NCBI GenBank assembly: GCA_045559735.1
Contig: JBJLJN010000020.1
Span: forward strand, 1-60,699
Length of the DNA: 60,699 nt
Origin: Candidatus Thalassarchaeum sp.
GTDB lineage: Archaea > Thermoplasmatota > Poseidoniia > Poseidoniales > Thalassarchaeaceae
Reading direction: 5' to 3'
Below, piece by piece: positions 56,903 through 60,699 of this stretch. A program made the position numbers and the translations under genes. The notes beneath the pieces were generated by a model that was not told the origin of the DNA, made no database searches, and worked only from the letters and a program-made list of their open reading frames with translations. Numbering within the stretch: position 1 is the stretch's first letter; every line of letters starts with the position of its first letter.

Positions 56903-59900
56903 CTAGATGAAGTCCTCAAGGGTCATCACCGTCACCTTATCATCGTTGAACAGCGAGTCTACGCTATCAGTCATCCATCCTACTCTCTGCTTTGTGTAGT
57001 CATCGACGCCATACCTCTCGATTACATCGCTTGTGATTTTGATGTACTTGCGAACAGCACCCTCAGAGACTGTCAGCACCACATTTCCACCGCATAGAGC
57101 ACCGTCTTCCTGAGATGTTCCGAGCCCAAAGCCTCTGCTGCTGGTAGTCTGGATGCACTTGCCCGCCAGAGGCATCCTGCGATATGAGTGAGAGCACTTT
57201 ACGCACCGCACCTTCTGCCTAGTGAAAGCCATCATGTTCCCTCTTAGGTCAGGTAGGAAGTGAGATTCTATGACCTGCGAGGCCACTCTTGCAGCACTCA
57301 CTGACCTTAGCCGCCGACCTATCGCCAGTTGTGCTAGCATCTTGTCCTCCATCGTTTTGAGAGTCTTGTAGGAGGAGTTCACAGGACCAGAGTCTAGTTC
57401 TCCCGAGTCATGTGTCCATCCGTAGCCCCGAATCTCTCCCACAGTTCCGACTCTACCATTGACCAGGTCAACTATGCCCTCTACTTTCGTAGGATGAGGC
57501 TGTGACTTCGTAGCTTCATAGAACGCCTTACTGTAAGACCAAGAACAATCCACATTGAGTGCTTCCTTGTCAATCTCACTCGCATCGATTCTAGTGCTGA
57601 GAACCAGAGGTGCATCCATCCTTCCGCCCCTGCCGGAGGGCAGGATTGACTTGGAGAAGTTCAGGAGCCCGTCGAGTAGTAGCATCAGGCTGTCCTCATC
57701 TCCATCACAATTTCTCCTCTTAGCGGCGTGGAAGAGTGGATGCGCGTATCCAGCAGACGCATCTGTCCAGCCGATTATCCGGCACAGAACTCCACCAGAG
57801 GTGTGTGGTGCCAAACCAATCCCCAGATGCCCTACTATGTCTATCTCATTTGTCGCCTCATAAAATGGCTTCATGCCATAAAACCTCACCAGCAAATCAT
57901 CCACAAAGGCACAGGTGGACAGAAAGTGCTGTCTAGAAGACCTCGATGCAACGAAGTCCTGCGGCAGAAGCTCCAGCATCTGCTCGTCTGAGCCAAGAGA
58001 CTCTCCGAAGACATCATGTGAGTAGCCGAGCTCAGCCAGACGCTGCCATGGAGTCCCTATCTCACTCGGTCTGAAATGAGTCAGGGGAACATCGCTCATG
58101 TCGTAGCGAGATGTCCCGTCACGGAAAACAGAAACTCCGTACTTCGCGCGCAGTATCCCCTTCTCTATCGGCTCCGGCGTTTGGTCTACTGAAATCAGTC
58201 CCTTGACTGCCTTGATTCTATCAGGTATCCTGTCGAGACCCAAAGCTCTCCTCTTAGTCTCGACAACCTTGCCTAGGGGAATACTCGTCCTCTGACCTCT
58301 CCTCCTCCTGTTTTGATCACCTCTCCTCTTTCTGATACTGGTTCTGCCACCGCATTCCTCGATCTTCTCAGAGAGCCGATGATGACACCTCAGGTGAGGA
58401 GAGTCCTTGCCGCACTTGTCGCATATTCGTGGACCTAACTCGACCCGAATCGACCCCTTGGCAGCAGCTTGACCCAGAAGTCGCTGGGGTCCACCACTTT
58501 CGCCTATGGGGTAGAGGGCGTGAACCATCGGCTTCATCTCACGAACACCGGCTTTCTCCGGGCGCCCCATCCTTGATCCGACCCTACAAGGGACAGAATC
58601 TTCCCACCTCAAACCGGACAGTCTTCTGACTAGCCAGAGGGATCTCTCAACTTCATGGTCATCAAGCAGCGAGATAGCGGCCTTGAGCAGACTAGGGTCG
58701 TCAGCCCCAGGGTCTTCAATCTCAGCAGCCGCTGCCCTACCTTCTGCATCGGTCTCCGAGATTCCCAGACCCCTCTGGCGTGCAGCCGTTTCCGCACGCA
58801 TCCTCTCTACGGCTCTTACCGCTTCAATCTCTTCCAGCCTCCCCCTCTCTCGCGATAGAGCCTCAGTAGCCTGTTTGATTCTAGATACTCTATCGTTGAT
58901 GTGTGGAGCGGCATCGACAGCCACGCAAACTCCCTCACTTCTGTGCTCTAGGCCAAGACCATCCAACAAACCTTCCCAAGCCGAGGCGATTACGATGTCA
59001 TCACCATCGTGATGATGTTCCACACCCAATGTCATCAGGGATGATTTGACCACTCCGTGTTCGTGGACCATTGTCCAGAGCGGCCATTCACCTGTCGAGG
59101 GCGCAGGTAGTCCGATATCCTCGAAGTGGGAATCATGAGACCAGCCGGTCGCTGCACCAAACATTCTCAAGCCACCCTGCTCTATTTCGGAGTGGCATAA
59201 TGCCTCGATTAGTTGTGGTGCGAAGGACATTGGCATGTCGGACCACCAAAGGTTCCACGGTGGGGGCACGGCGGCGCCATATTCTCTGATTGCATTGCAC
59301 ACCTGCCCCCAAGTCAACTCCATGTCACGCAGGTACAGTTGCCAGTCACGCTTCCTCAGGCTACGCTCAATCTCGCGCTCACCTCCTCGCTCAATGGCAC
59401 CATTGAAAGGAATCCCTAGTGGCAGAGAATCTCTACTCAATCCCAACATAGTAGCGAACGCTTCGACCTTGTCGGGATGGTCCAATGCATCGGAGAGATC
59501 TGCTGCCCACCAGTCTCTGTTGTAGCCAGATGGAACGAGATTCTTGTTGTTCTCTAGGAATTCGCCAAAGCCGGATAGGATCTCTCCTGAGTCCCATATG
59601 GTTAACACATCAACAGAGCAGGAACGCCATTCCTCCACAGTTGATACTCGAAGGTATGATCCGTCTTTCAGCAATACAGTAGGGCCATCTAAATCGATAC
59701 ATGGAGTCGCTGCGCAGGCTTTTCCAGGACGTTCTGTTTTCATTTGTGTTCCTACAGATATGAAACTCCCATGAGCTTCCATAGATATGGGATTTATCCC
59801 TGCTGCTGCCAGACCTGTAGCACGACTCCTTCCGTATCTCAGACGAAATGCGCCAGGCTCCCCCGGTCCTCCGAATACTGGCCGACCCGCGATTACATCC

Positions 59901-60699
59901 TGCATGAATTTGTCATTCTTCGGAATAGCTCTGCCTATGAATTCCTGCCAATCTCCACTGTCTTGTTTTTCATCCAAGCCCTTTGAGGTGAATTTAGAGA
60001 TAAACTCCCAACCAGGAATTTCTAAACGCTCAGTATGCTTCTGAATTTTTGGGGCTTTCAAACACAAACCCTCGCCTATGACCAGTAGAACCCCACCTCT
60101 AATTCTGGTCCTAGGGGTATTGTTCAAACTAACTATGTTGCGAACCTCCTTGTAGCCAGCGCATTCCTGCCGTTCAGTTTCCTCACCATTGATCATCACG
60201 GGGCAAGCCCTGACAATTTCTTCCACTTCCTCAGGCGGCGGTTTGTATTGGAGGCCAACACGATAGAGTCCGAACTCCTCCTTTACACGCTCCACCTCTG
60301 GAGTCGTTGGAACATACCTTCCTATGCCCAATTCACGCCGAAGCATGTCACCGATTAGTACACTCAGAGCCTGACCGGTTCCGCCTGCAGCTCTGATAGG
60401 TCCGGCGAAGTCGATGGACAGGAACTCAGAACCATCTGCGTTGTTCATTATCCGAACACCACCAATCCCCTCTAGCGGAGCAACTAGAACTGCCTCAGTA
60501 AGTACAGCAAGGCCGACTCTGAGGCCAGAATCAATCGCCTTGGTGATATCACCCGTCTTAGCATGCATTCTCTTTGAGACATCCAAGGCTATCTCGATAG
60601 CAGCAGACTCTCTATCCGTACTCTTCAACAAGTCTCGTAAATCGTCTTCTATTCGAATGGGTTCTTGATCAGTGGCCGGAAGTAGGTAGTCCTCGAGTA
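56903..60699 (-). CDS. polC: DNA polymerase D large subunit DP2 (5' end beyond window)
   Basis: Motifs AGPIRAAGGT, GFRLRYGR-like, RMGRPEK, HAAKRRNCDGDED and PDLRGN. The frame stays open from 60631 to the window end (LEDYLLPATDQEPIRIEDDLRDL). Confidence 0.98.
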   Translation of the reverse strand, partial: LEDYLLPATDQEPIRIEDDLRDLLKSTDRESAAIEIALDVSKRMHAKTGDITKAIDSGLRVGLAVLTEAVLVAPLEGIGGVRIMNNADGSEFLSIDFAGPIRAAGGTGQALSVLIGDMLRRELGIGRYVPTTPEVERVKEEFGLYRVGLQYKPPPEEVEEIVRACPVMINGEETERQECAGYKEVRNIVSLNNTPRTRIRGGVLLVIGEGLCLKAPKIQKHTERLEIPGWEFISKFTSKGLDEKQDSGDWQEFIGRAIPKNDKFMQDVIAGRPVFGGPGEPGAFRLRYGRSRATGLAAAGINPISMEAHGSFISVGTQMKTERPGKACAATPCIDLDGPTVLLKDGSYLRVSTVEEWRSCSVDVLTIWDSGEILSGFGEFLENNKNLVPSGYNRDWWAADLSDALDHPDKVEAFATMLGLSRDSLPLGIPFNGAIERGGEREIERSLRKRDWQLYLRDMELTWGQVCNAIREYGAAVPPPWNLWWSDMPMSFAPQLIEALCHSEIEQGGLRMFGAATGWSHDSHFEDIGLPAPSTGEWPLWTMVHEHGVVKSSLMTLGVEHHHDGDDIVIASAWEGLLDGLGLEHRSEGVCVAVDAAPHINDRVSRIKQATEALSRERGRLEEIEAVRAVERMRAETAARQRGLGISETDAEGRAAAAEIEDPGADDPSLLKAAISLLDDHEVERSLWLVRRLSGLRWEDSVPCRVGSRMGRPEKAGVREMKPMVHALYPIGESGGPQRLLGQAAAKGSIRVELGPRICDKCGKDSPHLRCHHRLSEKIEECGGRTSIRKRRGDQNRRRRGQRTSIPLGKVVETKRRALGLDRIPDRIKAVKGLISVDQTPEPIEKGILRAKYGVSVFRDGTSRYDMSDVPLTHFRPSEIGTPWQRLAELGYSHDVFGESLGSDEQMLELLPQDFVASRSSRQHFLSTCAFVDDLLVRFYGMKPFYEATNEIDIVGHLGIGLAPHTSGGVLCRIIGWTDASAGYAHPLFHAAKRRNCDGDEDSLMLLLDGLLNFSKSILPSGRGGRMDAPLVLSTRIDASEIDKEALNVDCSWSYSKAFYEATKSQPHPTKVEGIVDLVNGRVGTVGEIRGYGWTHDSGELDSGPVNSSYKTLKTMEDKMLAQLAIGRRLRSVSAARVASQVIESHFLPDLRGNMMAFTRQKVRCVKCSHSYRRMPLAGKCIQTTSSRGFGLGTSQEDGALCGGNVVLTVSEGAVRKYIKITSDVIERYGVDDYTKQRVGWMTDSVDSLFNDDKVTVMTLEDFI

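Noticed and set aside
57690-57740. Possible intein at the DP2 KRRN/CDGD hotspot
   Set aside because: The motif HAAKRRNCDGDED is contiguous, so there is no insertion.

Overview
This window is archaeal chromosomal DNA, probably from a Marine Group II (Ca. Poseidoniales, Thermoplasmatota) euryarchaeon; the assignment is inferred from gene content. Archaeal markers include PolD DP2, PriL, archaeal DnaG, thermosome, Pcc1, NreA, MptE and phosphopantothenate synthetase. They sit alongside bacterial-type MetK, RNase HI and deoxyhypusine-synthase-like genes, and many acidic secreted proteins. The window holds about 55 densely packed CDSs and two tRNAs (Leu-GAG, Cys-GCA). Three AT-richer accessory patches stand out: a glycosyltransferase/sulfotransferase pair, a type II restriction-modification pair whose endonuclease carries one in-frame TGA, and small membrane-protein genes after tRNA-Cys punctuated by a repeated 18-bp palindrome. 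The most notable leads are (1) a strongly structured leader of about 130 nt with mutually exclusive pairings upstream of dnaG; (2) an intact N6-methyltransferase homologue with degenerate catalytic motifs (RPPW instead of NPPY/W), next to a coiled-coil/PIP-like/winged-helix protein; (3) an M29 aminopeptidase homologue lacking most metal ligands; (4) the palindrome-delimited cassette-like island at tRNA-Cys; and (5) a stand-alone double-dockerin secreted protein. No CRISPR array, transposase, integrase or rRNA was seen. All family calls come from motif recognition by eye, not database searches, and several start codons were adjusted from the ORF track.
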